NCBI RefSeq assembly: GCF_964355755.1
Contig: NC_092674.1
Coordinates: 13,640,001-13,704,000, forward strand
From: Antedon mediterranea
Taxonomy: Eukaryota; Animalia; Echinodermata
DNA length: 64,000 nt
Direction of reading: 5' to 3'
Shown piece after piece: positions 1 to 14,449 of the stretch (position 1 is the stretch's first letter; the number at the start of each line of letters is the position of its first letter). The translations under genes were made by a program, and so were the position numbers. The notes under the pieces were generated by a model. It was not told the DNA's origin, did not search any database, and was given only the letters and a program-made list of their open reading frames with translations.

Positions 1-343
1 ACGCACGTAATTGTATAGTCATATGATGATTTATACCCTGAAATTTATGAGTACCAAATTTTATTTAATTGTGATTCATGGTTGTGAAGATATGATTACA
101 AACGTGATTTCGTTAAATCGTGCGTAGACCGCGTACTTTTTTATTGCGCACCGTGAAAACATAACCACATCGATTCCTGGCCATAAGGAATATACTGTGA
201 AAAATTGACTTAGCTAGATTAAACTGATATCAAGATAAGATCAGAAAGCGATAAAACGCATAGTGATACCGGACCGACAGATCGACAGACCGACCGACCG
301 ACCGACATAGTGAACTATAGAGTCGCTTCCACGCGACTAAAAA
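1..343 (-). mobile_element. Helentron-associated (HINE/DINE-1-like) non-autonomous element, family A, cut by the window edge
   Basis: Reverse complement of the 5' part of the copies at 14450 and 29628: T-run start, AGTCGCGT..CGCGACT-type hairpin (one mismatch here), (GTCG/GTCT)n microsatellite and the same body. Confidence 0.75.
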
Positions 344-1147
344 TGAATCAAATTGAGATCTGCTCAATTATAAGTACAGTAGTCTTATACGTGAAGCATA
401 ACTAACAATACGTTACAGCTAATTCTTACATGTGGTCTCGGTAAACTATAAAACAATGAATAAAGAGAATACTTTCAATTACAGATTTATAACAAAAGAC
501 GTATGACTAATGGAAGGGTTAACTCCTAAAGATTTGAGTCTCCGCAACAGTAAAGCCTATTTGATACTCTCGGTAATGAGGTCGTGTCATTTAAGATCAC
601 TAGTGATTTATTTGCAATCTCAACTGCAGAGTGGGTACCGTACCGTATTTAATTTTTTAGGTGATTTTCCTTTTTTGTGGGTTACTGTATGGGTTGATAA
701 ATAATGTATGAGTCGTAAGATGTTAGTTTATTAGTATAGAGTACTGCAAACCATAATAGTAGGTAACATTTGTAATTGAGGGCGTTTTATTTAACACGAC
801 AAAGTATCTGAACTCCCCAAAAACGTACCGTATCATAATGTAGTATATTTTAAATGTTGACATGACATAATAAACAATGAAAGTTCTTTCTAACATAATT
901 TTTTTCTCGGGTTACTCGGATGCCGTATTTTTTTATTTTTTTATTTATTGTAATAATAATATCTTTGATTGTATATTGTTTTTCAATAAGCCGTGCGGAG
1001 GATTCAGGTAATTTCTCTTAGTATTAAAGGGTAACACCGCGGCTTTAAAGTGTATATTGCTTATTATAAAATATAAACCTCTTAATCAACATTGGTAATA
1101 ACCGTGCCTAATTTTAGACAGCACTCAGGCAAAAGTTAAGTCGCTTT

Positions 1148-1358
1148 AAAAAAAAACAAGGCCAACAGCCATAAGTCGCGTGCTCTCAGAAAAAAATGAA
1201 CTTTCAAAAAGTAATGTACTTTAAAACTTTTCTGTACATCAAAACAGTTCAAAAAGTACAGAAAAGCGATAAAACGCATAGTGATACCGGACCGACAGAC
1301 CGACAGAACGACCGACCGACATAGTGAACTATTGAGTCGCGTCCACGGGACTAAAAAA
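1148..1358 (-). mobile_element. Short HINE-like element, family A
   Basis: Both family A ends are present in reverse orientation (aacaaggccaacagccataagtcgcgtgct ... gagtcgcgtccacgggactaaaa) with the microsatellite, flanked by A-runs. Confidence 0.7.
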
Positions 1359-1605
1359 AGTTGTTCTATAAGACAATACCAAAGTACGCATGTGGTGAGG
1401 TGGAACTAATTCGCCTTAAACATAATAGTTTTAAAATATCATAATTAAACTCAACTATTTAAATAGCTGATAATTAGATATGTGCGCGCGTGCAAATTAA
1501 CAATTTATTTACTAAAGCTAACAGTATATTTTTTGTATTCGAGAAACGTTGTTGTTGGGATCACACTATGTGGTTGGTGTAACTCAGGATCGGGCACAGG
1601 GGCTT

Positions 1606-2422
1606 CCCGGGCGCGATTTTTTTTTTCGTACATAAGTTGGGGACCCCTCATGAAACGTCACAAAATATACATGAATAATTCATCAGTTAAATTTGTTATT
1701 CCGTGTGCACCCAAGCGTATAGCAACAAGTGATTACACGCACAACTGCGATACGATTCTTTCTACAGTAGGCCTAGGATTCTAGGTCAATTCACGTGATT
1801 GCCTTCGCGCACTCTTCTTCACACACACACCACTATGCAAAATGTGTCGAGGCTAATCGACAGCTAGGCAAGACATTAAACTAAGTAGTAATTGGACATA
1901 GCCCAAAGAAAGCTTAGACCCACAAGAATAAAAAATGTGTATAATTTGTGTACTGTAATTTTTTAATTCTGCTATTTTATTATCAAACAATATGCATGTA
2001 CTCAAAGGAACTTTAAAAATGCACGTATATGAACACATGAGATGGGAAGAAGATTAGACCCACGAGAATAAAAAATGTATTTTTGTGTAATGTTTATTGT
2101 TTAATTTTGCTGACTTATTACTCGGACTGTGTCATACCTAACATACACACGTCACACACACCCACACAGCTACTACTAGAATAGACATGGGTTTAGAGAC
2201 TAATAATTATGCCTAATAGTATTAATAGAAACTATAATTTTAACACGTGATTCTTTAGTAATAAATTATATTAAAAACACGTCCATAAACTAAATGCTGA
2301 TTATTTCGACAATCCACACAAAACGCCGCTATTCTTTTATGAAATCCCACGCGGCAACCACAGCGGAGATTAGGCCTAGAATCGTACTGCACTTGTGTAA
2401 TCAATTCTTGTTGCTATTCGCT
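1606..2422 (-). mobile_element. Long-TIR MITE with CCCGGG ends, second TIR truncated
   Basis: Near-identical inverted copy of 46715-47529. The ORFs 1853-2038(-) and 47097-47282(+) translate almost identically. Confidence 0.85.
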
Positions 2423-3489
2423 TTTACGTGCGAGAGTACATTTCCGGCCATCTAGGGGTGTCATTTAACAAAATTCGCTCACCACAGGCCCCCCATGGTG
2501 GGGCCTGTGGTGCAAATGCTCAGTACCGACAGCCCTGGATTCTTGGGCAACCCCATTAAAATGGTTCTGCGACCGCCCTTCTTCACACTAACGATATATT
2601 GAAACATTATGTTAATTAGTCTCCTTTACATAGACCTTGGTCATATGCGATTATATATCATGGTACTGAGGATTATATTATTATTTTAACCGAATTAATT
2701 ATACATTTGTCATATACGATGATTTTAAATCAGTTTTTGCATCATGTAGTAGTGTTATATTATTATTGTAACCGAATTAACATTTTTAAAGTTTTATAGA
2801 ATACAAATACTGGTTCGTAATGTCCGACACTAAACATGGCCATGCAATTAATACTAAACATTGTATTACATTGACATGTCAGAATGTTATAATTTACTTG
2901 GTATCGAAACTATGCTAAATGACCAAAAGGTGACATGCACTTTTGTCAAATCATATCCTGTTCTGTTTTGTATCGTTGGATAGATTTACACTATGAAATT
3001 ATTTTAACAATAATATTGTTTGTATATTATACGTATGGTGTAGTCATTCTTTGTTTTTCATTGAAAGTAATGGTAAATGTATGATTTGTATAGTGTCCCA
3101 TATCGTTTATGAACGCATTATAATTTTGATTGTTGTGTTCTGGTTCGCTATGTGTAAAAGTGAAGATCAAAATAATTAAAATGTTAGAATTAATCGTAAA
3201 AAAATCATAATCATGAATATTGTCTCAATGTTAATATTTAAAGTAATCTTGTCTTTATTTTATATGTCATTTGACAAAAGCCTAAATAATATGAAAGCAA
3301 TCTTTAGAAAATAAATAGTATAATATATCTATTAACTGAATGTGGATATTTGTATAATATGAATAATTAAATAACTTTCTCTCTGGCCTTCCGATTTAAG
3401 TGAAGTAGACATTATTTTATTATCCTACAATATTAACATTCTACCGCTATTTTTATTGAAGATAATCATTTTCCTTTGTTTTAATCAGT

Positions 3490-3740
3490 GCTACTAATCA
3501 CTATCTCCTAAAATCATCGATAGAGAACCAGATGTAAACAACAAACGTATCAGAGGCTATTTGATCAGACGACGAGGAACCCAAACCATTAACAGAGACA
3601 AGGGCGTCCACCAACTCACGTGAATGACCCTTACACGTTAGACAGAATTAGTCTCTGAGTTCAATCAATGATATATTTGTCATTTCTTCTAAAGGAGCTG
3701 TCTGAGCAGAACAGCGAAACTGCCAAGAAGGTTAGTTTCG
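3490..3740 (+). mobile_element. Penelope-like element 3' fragment (GIY-YIG C-terminal tail plus pLTR remnant)
   Basis: Decayed translation IIDREPD..KRI..EAI*IRRRG..TINRDKGVHQL matches the Penelope endonuclease C-terminus. It is followed by a degenerate hammerhead-like motif (3684-3729) and a GTTAGT donor-like site. Confidence 0.6.
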
Positions 3741-5399
3741 CCAATTGTTTTTTTTTTTTCGAAAAGAATTAATAATTCACATGTCGTATCGTTACGTGAA
3801 ATACAGAGTGTACATAATCTCCGCGAAGCCATGGGAATGATTTCATTATAACATGTATATCTCACATTAAGTCTTCTAATACTAATACCGGTATGTTTAA
3901 TTTTCACATAATACCAAGCTCTTAGGCTGCTAGACCGAATTGACCAAATTCGCTTCAATCACAACATGTCATCCCCTTCCCTTAAAAACCGTGTCTACAA
4001 TTCTGTTGTACCATGATACCATGATACATATGAATCTCTTGAGCAACGAAATAGCTAAATTGCCTCAACACACTCCACTGGGACATGAATACCACTGATT
4101 TCACATCGTGATATTCTACGAAACACTTGATTTTCATGTTCCCACCTAAATATCTCGGCTATTATAAATCGGATTCTTTTGGATAGTAGCTCAAAATGTA
4201 GACAATACTGAACATTATGATATATGTTTGAAATTGTAAAGTTACAAAAAGTATGTGTCATTTTACGTTTTAAAACTCACCATCCATTGCCCGCTGAAAG
4301 TGTGAGGTCAATTTTTTACACATTTTCTAAAGCACCACAGTGTTTTATTCATGAATACGGTATTTTTATTCGAGTAATATAATACAGTATGTATAATTTA
4401 TCCATACAGGTAGTGTGTTTTTTTTCGTCTACTTGCTTAATTTCTGTTGCAAAATGCTGTGATGGAAAGGTTGCTTTCCACGTAAGAGCCGATGTTGCAG
4501 AGAGTGTATGGACGCGAAAATATTTTTTTTTTTTATATATGAACCAATACATCTGGAAACTGAGTTTCACCTGATTGTATTATGTCATAAGTATACTAAT
4601 GAATTATTCATGATTTCTGCCTTAATTGCAAATGATAAAAAAAAGAACGCGTCCCGTCCAACCGCACCCGCTGTGTTCCGCTTTTTATAGTGTTCAAATT
4701 AGATTTTAAAAACTTCTTCGAGTTCATCATTCTGACTTACTCCTTGCGGGTCTTGCAAACTGTTGGTGCCATCACTTTTTACTTTTAAAGTGGAATTCGC
4801 GGACGAGATAAGCTAAAACACGCAAATAACTGATGATGACAGCAATGTTTACTTGTTGGCCTTTTTTCTACCCAACAAAGACTGATATTTTCAAAGTATA
4901 AATGTAATTTCTGAGGACCTAGTAGCTCTATTTTGTTGTAATTTTATACCTTTTTCAATGTATTTACTGTGCACTGTTTTATGATGAGTTATGTAGAGAT
5001 CTACTGTAGCTAAAGTAACTGTCATTAGCGTCGATAGTTCACTATGACAAGAAGCATTACCGTTTTTGATGATCAACTTTAGATGACATGGTAACCAACG
5101 TGGTGATGTTGCAACATGTTAAGATGAATAGCCCTTAATGATTTATATGAAGTAGGATTTTCTAAAAAGAAATACTTCAATAAAAAGTCATAATACTGTA
5201 GCTTGAAGCCTTGCAAGTACCAGACCTATCATCCAACGTCATCTCTAAAGTGAAACTATTTGCCGATTATTGAATTCACTACAACACAATTTTTCAAGTA
5301 CTGAAGACGCTGAAAATTGCAAACAGGCTTGGTAAGCGAACGAGAAAAGGTGTTAAAATGCTAATAAATGCTTCTCCGTGATTGTTAAACACAAGAAGA

Positions 5400-5620
5400 C
5401 ACCAATCATATACGAATACCATCCTTTCCAGTATTTGAACTCAGTCAAATTAGATTGGTCAACCCATATAAACTAAATCACAAATAAAGCAAACAGATTA
5501 CTAAGATTGCGAAAGATAAATCTATAGTACAATTGTAGTAGGAATATTAAACTATAGCGTATAAATATCTTATTCGACCTTTTAGCTTAAGTAATGTTTT
5601 GATGCTTGGCCAAATCACGA
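5400..5620 (+). pseudogene. CR1/L2-group LINE reverse transcriptase remnant
   Basis: Decayed translation LDWSTHIN*ITNKANRLL..NL..CSRNIK..AYKYLIRP resembles the post-RT region of non-LTR elements. Confidence 0.55.
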
Positions 5621-5891
5621 ATCGGACATGTACATGCTAATATGTGCAGCTAAACACATAACACAATTATACGAGGATGCTTCGATGCAACCATTAGCCT
5701 AACCATTTTGTGATTTTATGGATTTTAGCACCGCGACCTCTGACTGCAGTTGATACAAATTGTTGCTCATTGTTTTATTTAGCTTATATATTATCCTATT
5801 ATATGCCTAGAAGAATAGGAGTTAGGCCATGTTATATTATATAGGCCAGGAACTTTGTTAACGTCTGTGTTTTGTATGGTAAATACACATA

Positions 5892-6679
5892 CGCCCGTAT
5901 TCTTAAACCGGACTTTAGTCGTAGTTCAAGCTAAAACTTGATGAATGACATCATTTTAATTCTTAATCCAAACTTCAACTAAATCGGACCAACCTCGACT
6001 AAATCGAGACGGATTTTGATCGATTTTTTTAGTCCTCAAGGGGGCAGGCTAAATCGCCGACTAAATAGTATTTAAACGAGGTTTATAAAAAATATAACAG
6101 TCATTGAGTTGTTATATTGGCCAGATATTGCAGAATGATATATCTATTTTTACATTAGCTAAATTAATTGATGCAAATCATGTTTATTTACAACTGTATA
6201 CAAATTACATAATTTTCTTCGCGCAAGTCACCGATGGAACGTTTATAGCGCTTTCTTGTCACGCTATGAAGTACGTGATGCGTCGCGATCATACTTTGTT
6301 GGAGGCCTAAAATATGGAAGTTTTTGTTTGTTGTTAATAAAAAGTAATTTACTTTTAAATTAATACTGATCTTGTTCCAATAATAAACGATTAACATTAT
6401 TTTTCCTGTATAGTCCTGATGCGTAAAAAGTTTTGTTATAACAAAATGGAAAGTGATATTAATGCGCAAAATTTCGTCTTTTATCATTGGCCAATTTAAA
6501 TTTATAATATTTATTAAAATAGCCTTTGTTACCCAGACGTGTGAAACTCGACTAAAGCTCGACTTCATTAAGTCGAACTGCAAACTTGGACTACTTCTTT
6601 TTGAAGTATTAGCTCGAACTAGTACATTTGAAGTCGAAGTTCGAACTACGACTAAATTTCGGTTTAATAATAACCGACG
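5892..6679. mobile_element. MITE, probably PIF/Harbinger-like
   Basis: Imperfect TIRs: left cgcccgtattcttaaaccggactttagtcgtagttc; right end read on the minus strand cgtcggttattattaaaccgaaatttagtcgtagttc. TA on both flanks and repeated CGACTAAA subterminal motifs. Confidence 0.6.
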
Positions 6680-9600
6680 TAAATGGCTATTTAAATTATA
6701 TGGAGTAGGGAAATATATTATAAAGAGCGTTTACCTTGGCAATAAGCAATTCAAAGTTGAATATTTTAGATGTGAACGTCTCCCCCCCCCCCTACCCAAA
6801 TGCATCAAATGTGCCATGACAAGGACAGTAATCGGTGATACCATACAAAACACACATTTGACTTTGATTAAATTTAATTCAATAGTTTGGAGTCATTTTA
6901 TAACAAGTAATTTCCAGGGTTCGAATTGTATTCGATTAATAATTCAACGTGTCTGTATTATTTGTTCATGTCGACATGTATACTGTTGTACACATAGCCT
7001 TGCCTACACTTATTTATTTAGGCCGAAACTTCACTACAGTTCAGTAGAACCTCTCCTTTCAAACACCCCTATTCAGGGAACAAGTACTCTAACTGCCAAA
7101 TGAAACAACATCACAAAAGCAAATAAAAAAAATTACTAAATAATTATATTCATCATTATTAATACAAAACGTTGGTACTTTCTCTGGGTCGAAATTTGTT
7201 AAAAGTTGTTAAATCGTTGGCTGCTAAATTTTCAATTCTTCTAGATTTATTTAGTCAGTCCAGATCAATTATTAGGAGACAATTTTCGAAAGGTGAGGTT
7301 CCAAAGGTGACCTTTTATTAGGTGTTCTTTGTATTCTAAAACCATCTGTGGGCGCGACCTAGATGGTACGCGAGCGAATTGAGCAATGTATCTAGTATTA
7401 TTAAATATCGTCAACAACATGATAATGTTACTACTGGACAAGTGGTGGCCAATATAAACATAATAATAACCACCAAATATAATTGTTATTATTGTTACTC
7501 ACTCTACACAAAGACAATTCCTAAACGAATCGGACAGAACAAAAGACAAGCAATGCACCAAACGTTGCCACTTTAAGAATAAATTGAACACCATTAACTT
7601 AATTTCATTAATTATCTTTTTTTTTTAATTGTTTGCTCTTTTTGAAAGTCAACAATACTGATACAGATATATGTAACTTGTATTATCATATTTTTGTGAC
7701 GTCTTTTGTGGTACACAATACTTAGTTGCATATTTTCCACCTGTGGGTTGGTTTAAATAGACGATGTATTTGTAAAAGGAAAAGTTAGGTTGTGCACAAC
7801 GAATGAATAAAGTGAACGGTACCAAGTAAGATGTATTGTGTATTTATATTATTCTAAGCATAACAATATAAGCACTTTATTAGTTGTCTCGCTGTTTGCG
7901 TTTTTTCACGTTCGAACACGGTATCGTTGACCTAAACGCAACTCTATTAAACTGTTCGCCGAGTGTGGCATTGATTGCAAAACACACTGTGTTGATTACA
8001 AGGTAGAGAACGCCGCCAAGATAATGTAATGTATATGGGCGCAATGTTCTTAGTACCGGGAGTGTGAAGTTTAGTGTTTACATTTTGTTGATAAGTCAGT
8101 CTGTGGAGCACATGCTAAGGAAGTTAATAATTTTTCTTTTCTTTTAGTTTTAAACTTTTACATTTATAATTCGCATTCAATTATCGTACGAAGGAAGACA
8201 AATTAAATCCACCACTTTTAAACAAGATGATTTGAGCAGAGGCAAAATCAACAAAATAATTCTTAAATTATCAATATGTCAGGGAATAAACCCCGACCAA
8301 TCGTTATACAACTAGTGTTTTAACATATGTGTGGTTAGGCCTACATTACAAAATTATAATGGGAACCGAATACATTTTCGTCGCAACAGCGATGATTCAA
8401 CTACAGTAATTGTTGTAAATAGGGGAGGGGGGTGCAAAATTGATAGATTAGCTTTTTTCACTTGGCATGCTCTCTTCATTGTTCTTCTAATTCATTTATT
8501 CGTTTAAAAAATAAAACAAAAAAATAATATTTTTTGTTTGGTGCAAGAAAGTTTTACCATTGAAATCTTACCTTTTAATGTATATCTCAATTATAACAAT
8601 TTTATATATTTTCTTTTTACAAAATTGCTTCAATCAAGTTAAATTTTTTACCACACCTTTTGAATTGTCGAGTTATGAATGTTTGCATATTATATTATTT
8701 TTATGGTAAATAAACACATTAGTTTGCTGAGATAAGTATATACAATTTCCAGATATATTAATAGGTAACATTAAAATATACTTTATTACTTACGTTAGCT
8801 TGAAGATTAACATCAGCACCCGACGCAATCAAGTTCTGGCAAACAGTGGCATTGTTGTAATAAGCCCCCCAAAACAATGCCGTGTGACCATGCTATTAAA
8901 AATTAAAAAAACAAAATAACTGCAACAATTATCTTTTTCAAACACCAATTATTGAAGATTAATCGTGTTAAATTCAATGTTTTGTACAATTTTATCATCA
9001 CTAGAGAACAATTGTTTTTTAAATAATCATTATTAATGACTAAATTTACTATGTGTTTTAAAATGGAATATTATTTTGTGTGTGATAGACACATTTGTTT
9101 TCTTTTTGCATCTATATTATTTGCTCTGAAGTCAATACATAAGTTTGAATTCATTTGTCATAGTTTTTATTTATTTTAAGAAAAGTGAGCATAATAAAAT
9201 ATTAAAAAATAATAATTGGGGATAGACTATAGGCAGGTAATTTAACTGCTTAAAATGCAAACGATAAAACTGAATTCTCGTCCAAAAACTATTTGCTATT
9301 TTATAGAGTTGTTTCAGTTAAATACTTCCCTGGGAAAAAGAAGAATGATTCACTTACAAAAAGACAACATAACAGTTACATTCAATCAAAAATCCATTGG
9401 TTGTCAGTCGATTTGACTACTTTTTCCTTTAAATTTTACAGTTTTTCAGGTAAATGATAATTTGTTTTGGTCAAATTATTGACCAAAATAACTAAATAGT
9501 ATGTGACATTAAAATTCCATACAACAAAAATGTTAATTTTTTCAGGTGGAAAATATAAATTTAATTTATAAGATTGTTTAGTCTGTGAGTAAATTATAAT

Positions 9601-11004
9601 TGGCAAAATATATGTATATGTAGATTCTTACTTTATGTAAATGCATGTGGTACGGTACTTATTTGTTACCACATAAAGAAGTTGAAACACAATACTATAA
9701 GGATGCTTAGTAGTCATGTGTATCTCTGTTTACAATGATTGTTTTTAAATGCTAAATTATTGAAAACAATTCGTTTATTCAAAGGATGTCAATGAAGGAA
9801 ATATTCAAATTATTATTTCATAATGTTTAATCATTTTGTTTTCTTTTAGCTTTTTCTATATATATTATATACATAATTAGAAATGTCCAAAGCATCTCCT
9901 GCCATCAGAAGCGATGGACTGTTTGTGTAACTTTGATTTTTCCATCTCAGTTGATGGACACTTGACATACATTTTGTATTTACAGTGTAAAGACAATACG
10001 AGATATATTATAGCATGCATGCTACAGAAACGTGAGCCCATGTATGGAACGTCAAGTTTAGTTTTATACACCTAGATTGTAAAGCTGTCCAGCTGATTTT
10101 TTCATTGAAAGTACAGTATTCATTGAATGCAATAAAGTCAGATTTTTAGTAAATCGAATTGAAAAAAAGATTGATGTGAGATGTGAAAGAAAGATGCGAT
10201 ATTGTGGTATACTGTCGTGTTTATTACTGATTATTATAGCACACTTTGTTATACGGTAGGTTTCTCCCTATTGTAGGAAGTATTTGCATTATAGCACATG
10301 TGAAATCCCTGAATCATTGAATGTAGTAGACAATAAAAGCAAGGGAATTATCAATCAAGCATTGTATCCAGTTCCAAAAACAAGCATGCTGCAAACGACA
10401 GATCCAAGTCACAGTTTAACTTTATTAAGTTTATAAGCAGTTTACTTCATTGTATGTTTTTGATTTGTCTTAAGAAATAATTTGTATTATTATAAATATA
10501 ATATTAGCTATGCTATTTTTATAATGTTGATATCGTCCCATAATATGTACGCTATTTGTTTCAAGTATGTATCATCAAATAATTTAAACCTTTATTACAT
10601 TTGGAGGTTCATCAGAGAGATTTAATTTAATATAAAAATAATTTAGATTTTTCATTGATTTGTTTTACTTGTTTATATGTTTATTGTTATACAGTAAGCG
10701 TTCTTATAATGTGTGCATGTTAGTGTAGGCCACTATGTAATTTCGTGTCATTTTTTTGTTAAAAGAAAAATTCCAGCTGATTTAGTGTCTTTAGGATGTA
10801 AAGTAATGAAAACAATATGTTGCCATTTTTTAAAAAAAGCTTAAGGGTGTCAAATCCAAGATGGCCGCCAATACGTAAAATATCCAATAAATGTAACATA
10901 TTGGACAAAGTAACACCCATTATAAAAAATATTTTAAGTTCATATGGGTTCTCTGCTATATAAGAATTATTATAAACATATATTCATTAGTATTCTGACA
11001 TTTT

Positions 11005-11280
11005 GAATTTCAAAATGGCCGCCATTTTTTAAAAATGGATTAAATTTCTTATTAAAACATGTGCAAGTTATGACGTTAATTGAAATCACATAAAATGATA
11101 GGCCTATGACAACAACATTGGTGATTAACACAATATGGCGGCCATTTCGAATTTTAAAATGGCTGCCATTTTTTAAAAATGGGTTAAATTTCTTATTAAA
11201 ACTTGTATAAGTTAAATAAAATTAGATTGAAATATACAAAATGATATGCTTATGACAACAACATGGTGATTAACACAAAA
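11005..11280 (+). repeat. Tandem duplication of a unit of about 140 bp inside the Academ subterminal region
   Basis: aaaatggc(c/t)gccattttttaaaaatgg...tatgacaacaacat..ggtgattaacacaa occurs twice. Confidence 0.8.
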
Positions 11281-11299
11281 TATTGACCATCAGGAGGTC

Positions 11300-12400
11300 T
11301 ACAGTACTGACAGAACACTTCTTCATATTAAAACATCTCATAAACTTCTTCAGTTAAATTACAACTAACTCTGCCAAAGTCCTTCAATGAAATATTTCTA
11401 ATCTTGAATGCGATACAGTAAGTTGACCTTCCTTCGTTCTCTACTACTGTATCCATCGAACTTCCACAGACTGATCTGCATTCCCAACAACCTTGTTCAG
11501 AAACAAATTGGCAAAATAACTGAAATACCTCATTTCACCGGCAAATAATCTCTATAGGAGTCTTCTTTTACTTTGATAAGTTTGTCACCTGTAGGCCTAT
11601 TCACCGTCATATATATTTTTTGCCAATATTTGTCTTTTTCTTAGGATTCCATATAGACAGTTTTCCTTCTACAAGACTTTTACCAATGCCTCAAACATTT
11701 TCTGTCCAATTTCATCATGCCATGGCCAACAAACACCTTTGTGCGAATTACATCATTCTTCATTAATCGGGATATCATCTCTCTTTAAATGTTAACTAGA
11801 TTTGACAGCTCTGATGAAATCATTAATTTGTGTTATTCCAATGATACCACGCTCAATGACCCTGATCAATTGATGTAAATCCAGCAAGTCCCACACATAC
11901 ATGCCCTCTCATATAAATATATAGGGATTTTGTCGACTCTCTGTATTCAAGTTAATATCTTTATGATCAGCCTCTTTCAAACAAAATGATACTTAACTTA
12001 GAATCTCTTTCTCTGTCTGCATTTGTAGAAGCAAGTTGTAGAGAGAAAGCAGAACTAGTGTGCTTTTGTACTTTAGAGATGTTTTCCATTTAAGATATTT
12101 GTGTCACTGGTTGTATAGGTAATACAAGTTCACAAAAGCACTTGCTTCAACACTATTTTCACAATGCTACCTGTCCAAAAGCCATATAGTTCACCGGGTC
12201 GACATAAAATTGCTTTTTGATGTCATCTCTGTCCACCTCCACTCATCTCGGGTAAGAGTCATCACCAGGGATTCTTGTCTTTCCCTAGTACATGAGTTTT
12301 TATACCACAACCATGTGCACTCATCAAACCAGTGTATAATGCTGGTCTGTCTGTAGGGGGTTCATATCTAATGAAATTGGTTGAGATTGTAGAAGATGAG
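11300..12400 (-). pseudogene. Academ transposase remnant
   Basis: Frameshifted minus-strand peptides PTDRPALYTGLMSAHG..GKTRI, PGELY and ILNGKHL..KAH..LLSLYNLLL resemble Academ transposase blocks as I recall them; many stops. Confidence 0.5.
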
Positions 12401-14449
12401 AAGTAGGAGTTCATTCATTTACAAGGTTATTTATAGGCAGAGTTGTATCTGTATTTTCTTCAAGCTTCTGCCAAAAGTTGACAGGTTGAAAACTTACCAA
12501 CCATACTGGTGACTATGGCCCTGAAGGTTCAGACATTGAATTACATAGCAATAACGCATTATATTTTACCATATTTATACAGGATTTCACAATAAGGTAT
12601 AAATGCACTAGTTTTATATTGTGGTCCTGTCTCCTGTCAAGTTTCAGTTTCATGAAAAGAAATGAGATCTGTAATTTAGAATCTATATATAAATTATGGT
12701 TAATTCTGACATAGGCGAGCACAATGGAAAAACTTTGGAAGAAATTCTGCCTTGGATACATACCTGAACTATCTCAGGTGTACCGCAAAATGTAAAAAAG
12801 TTTTCACTATTACGATATTGTTTCATATTTCTATCTTAGGAATATATTATAAAGAGTTTTAAAACAAAATTTCTGATTCATCGGTAGATGTTCAACTCAA
12901 TTTCAATTGTACGCAGTCAAAGTAATTTCCGGGTTCATGATGAGTTCACAGGTTCACCTTGCAACTACTTGGTTTCAGTTAAGGTGGTCGTTAGTGGCTA
13001 TAGCTATTTTAGTTTTTTGTTTATTTTCGGATTGGACAGCGCGTGTGAAGGTACAGTAGTTAAAAAATAAAATCCCGATAGCCGAGTTTTATTGAGTAAG
13101 CTGGCAGGAATAACTGTAGGTTATCTGTGTCCCATTAGGGTCCATATTGCAAGCAGTCTAAAACATCTTCCTTCTTGGGCCGAAACGGCCTACACTGTCG
13201 CGGAAGTTAGTTTCAAAAGATGTTTAAATTAAATAATGTATTATGATGGTATTTATTTGAATAAACGCCTCCCCAATAAAACATCACTTTGAATAATAAT
13301 CGCCTACACCCACCCCACCCACCCCACCCCCTACCTATCTAATAAACGCCCATCCACATTAATTATACACACAATATTGTATATACTATTTATAATAGAA
13401 TTCATTACACTGTTAACTATAATTTACCAAGCATTTGTTATAATTTTTTACCACTTTTCATATCTATTAAAGGATTTTATTTGATTATAAATGTAACGAT
13501 ATTATTAAACTAAAAAATCCCTCGAATAAGCATCTCCCTCAAATGAACTCTGCCTCCCCACCTCCGCCCTATAAAACAATAAACACTATACTTTAAAATG
13601 TTATTAATCATCTAAGACACTGTGAAACAGAGTAGGTTTAGTTTTTCGAATGTCAAGCATTTTCAATAATGGTAACCGACAGAAAACGTACAAGGAGTCC
13701 TTCTAAAACCTTTTTACCCGAGTCATTATCATTCCGAGAACCATCGTTTACATTTCCTAGAGGGGAGCGAGCAAACTAGAGGTCTAACCCCCTAGTTAGA
13801 CGTAATTGTTGTTGAATATTTGATATAAATTGTTAAGTTGTTCCATACTTTTGCAACTCCAACTTTGAACGATTATTTAATTTAATAGTATAATAATAAT
13901 AATATATATAATAATAATTATATATCTGTTATATAGAGGACATGACAACTTTAGCCTTATATTTACAATTTACAATCCTGTGAGAAGTGACAATTTTAGA
14001 ACATTGTGTACAAACAACAATTTATGCACACGTATTTAAAAAAAATTATTTAAAGAATTTAATTTTTAGTGGCGGCCATTTTGAAAACCAAGATGGCTGA
14101 CAGATTATCGCTTTACATTAGGATTGTATAATGGGTACAGTAATACCATCAAAACGGACTTGTTCCACATTCATAATCTGTATTATTGGTGATATTCTGA
14201 TTTTCAATATGGTTATTTGAATGTTGGCGGCCATCTTGAATTTGGTCCTTTAAATGTCTTTTGAAAAAATGGCAACATATTTTTTTTCATTCCTTATATT
14301 ATCAAGATATGAAATAAAGTCAAAGTTTGCTTTTAACAAAAAATATACACGACATTCATATAAACGACATACCAGCCTACACTATGTGGCAAATGGTTTA
14401 GTTTAAATTCGTGTTGGTTTGTCACTATTGCTGAAATCATGTCAGTACA

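Larger units (their letters stand above)
10721..14384 (-). mobile_element. Academ-superfamily DNA transposon, decayed
   Basis: TAGTGTAGGC...GCCTACACTA termini, imperfect TIRs over at least 150 bp containing CAAGATGGCCGCC motifs, and a 3-bp TGT target duplication. Confidence 0.75.

Noticed and set aside
2480-2512. 13-bp GC hairpin as a terminator
   Set aside because: Eukaryotic context with no U-tract; it lies in a probable MITE fragment.
3684-3729. Active hammerhead ribozyme, or a 36-bp host exon (ELSEQNSETAKK)
   Set aside because: The core is mutated (CUAAAGGA, no UH triplet). Its position after a Penelope endonuclease tail explains the donor-like site.
3900-4570. P-element/THAP9 transposase remnant on the minus strand
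   Set aside because: The similarity is limited to a few residues and no catalytic motif can be read.
6453-7103. 216-aa ORF
   Set aside because: Non-ATG start, crosses a MITE boundary and a poly-C tract, and has no recognisable domain.
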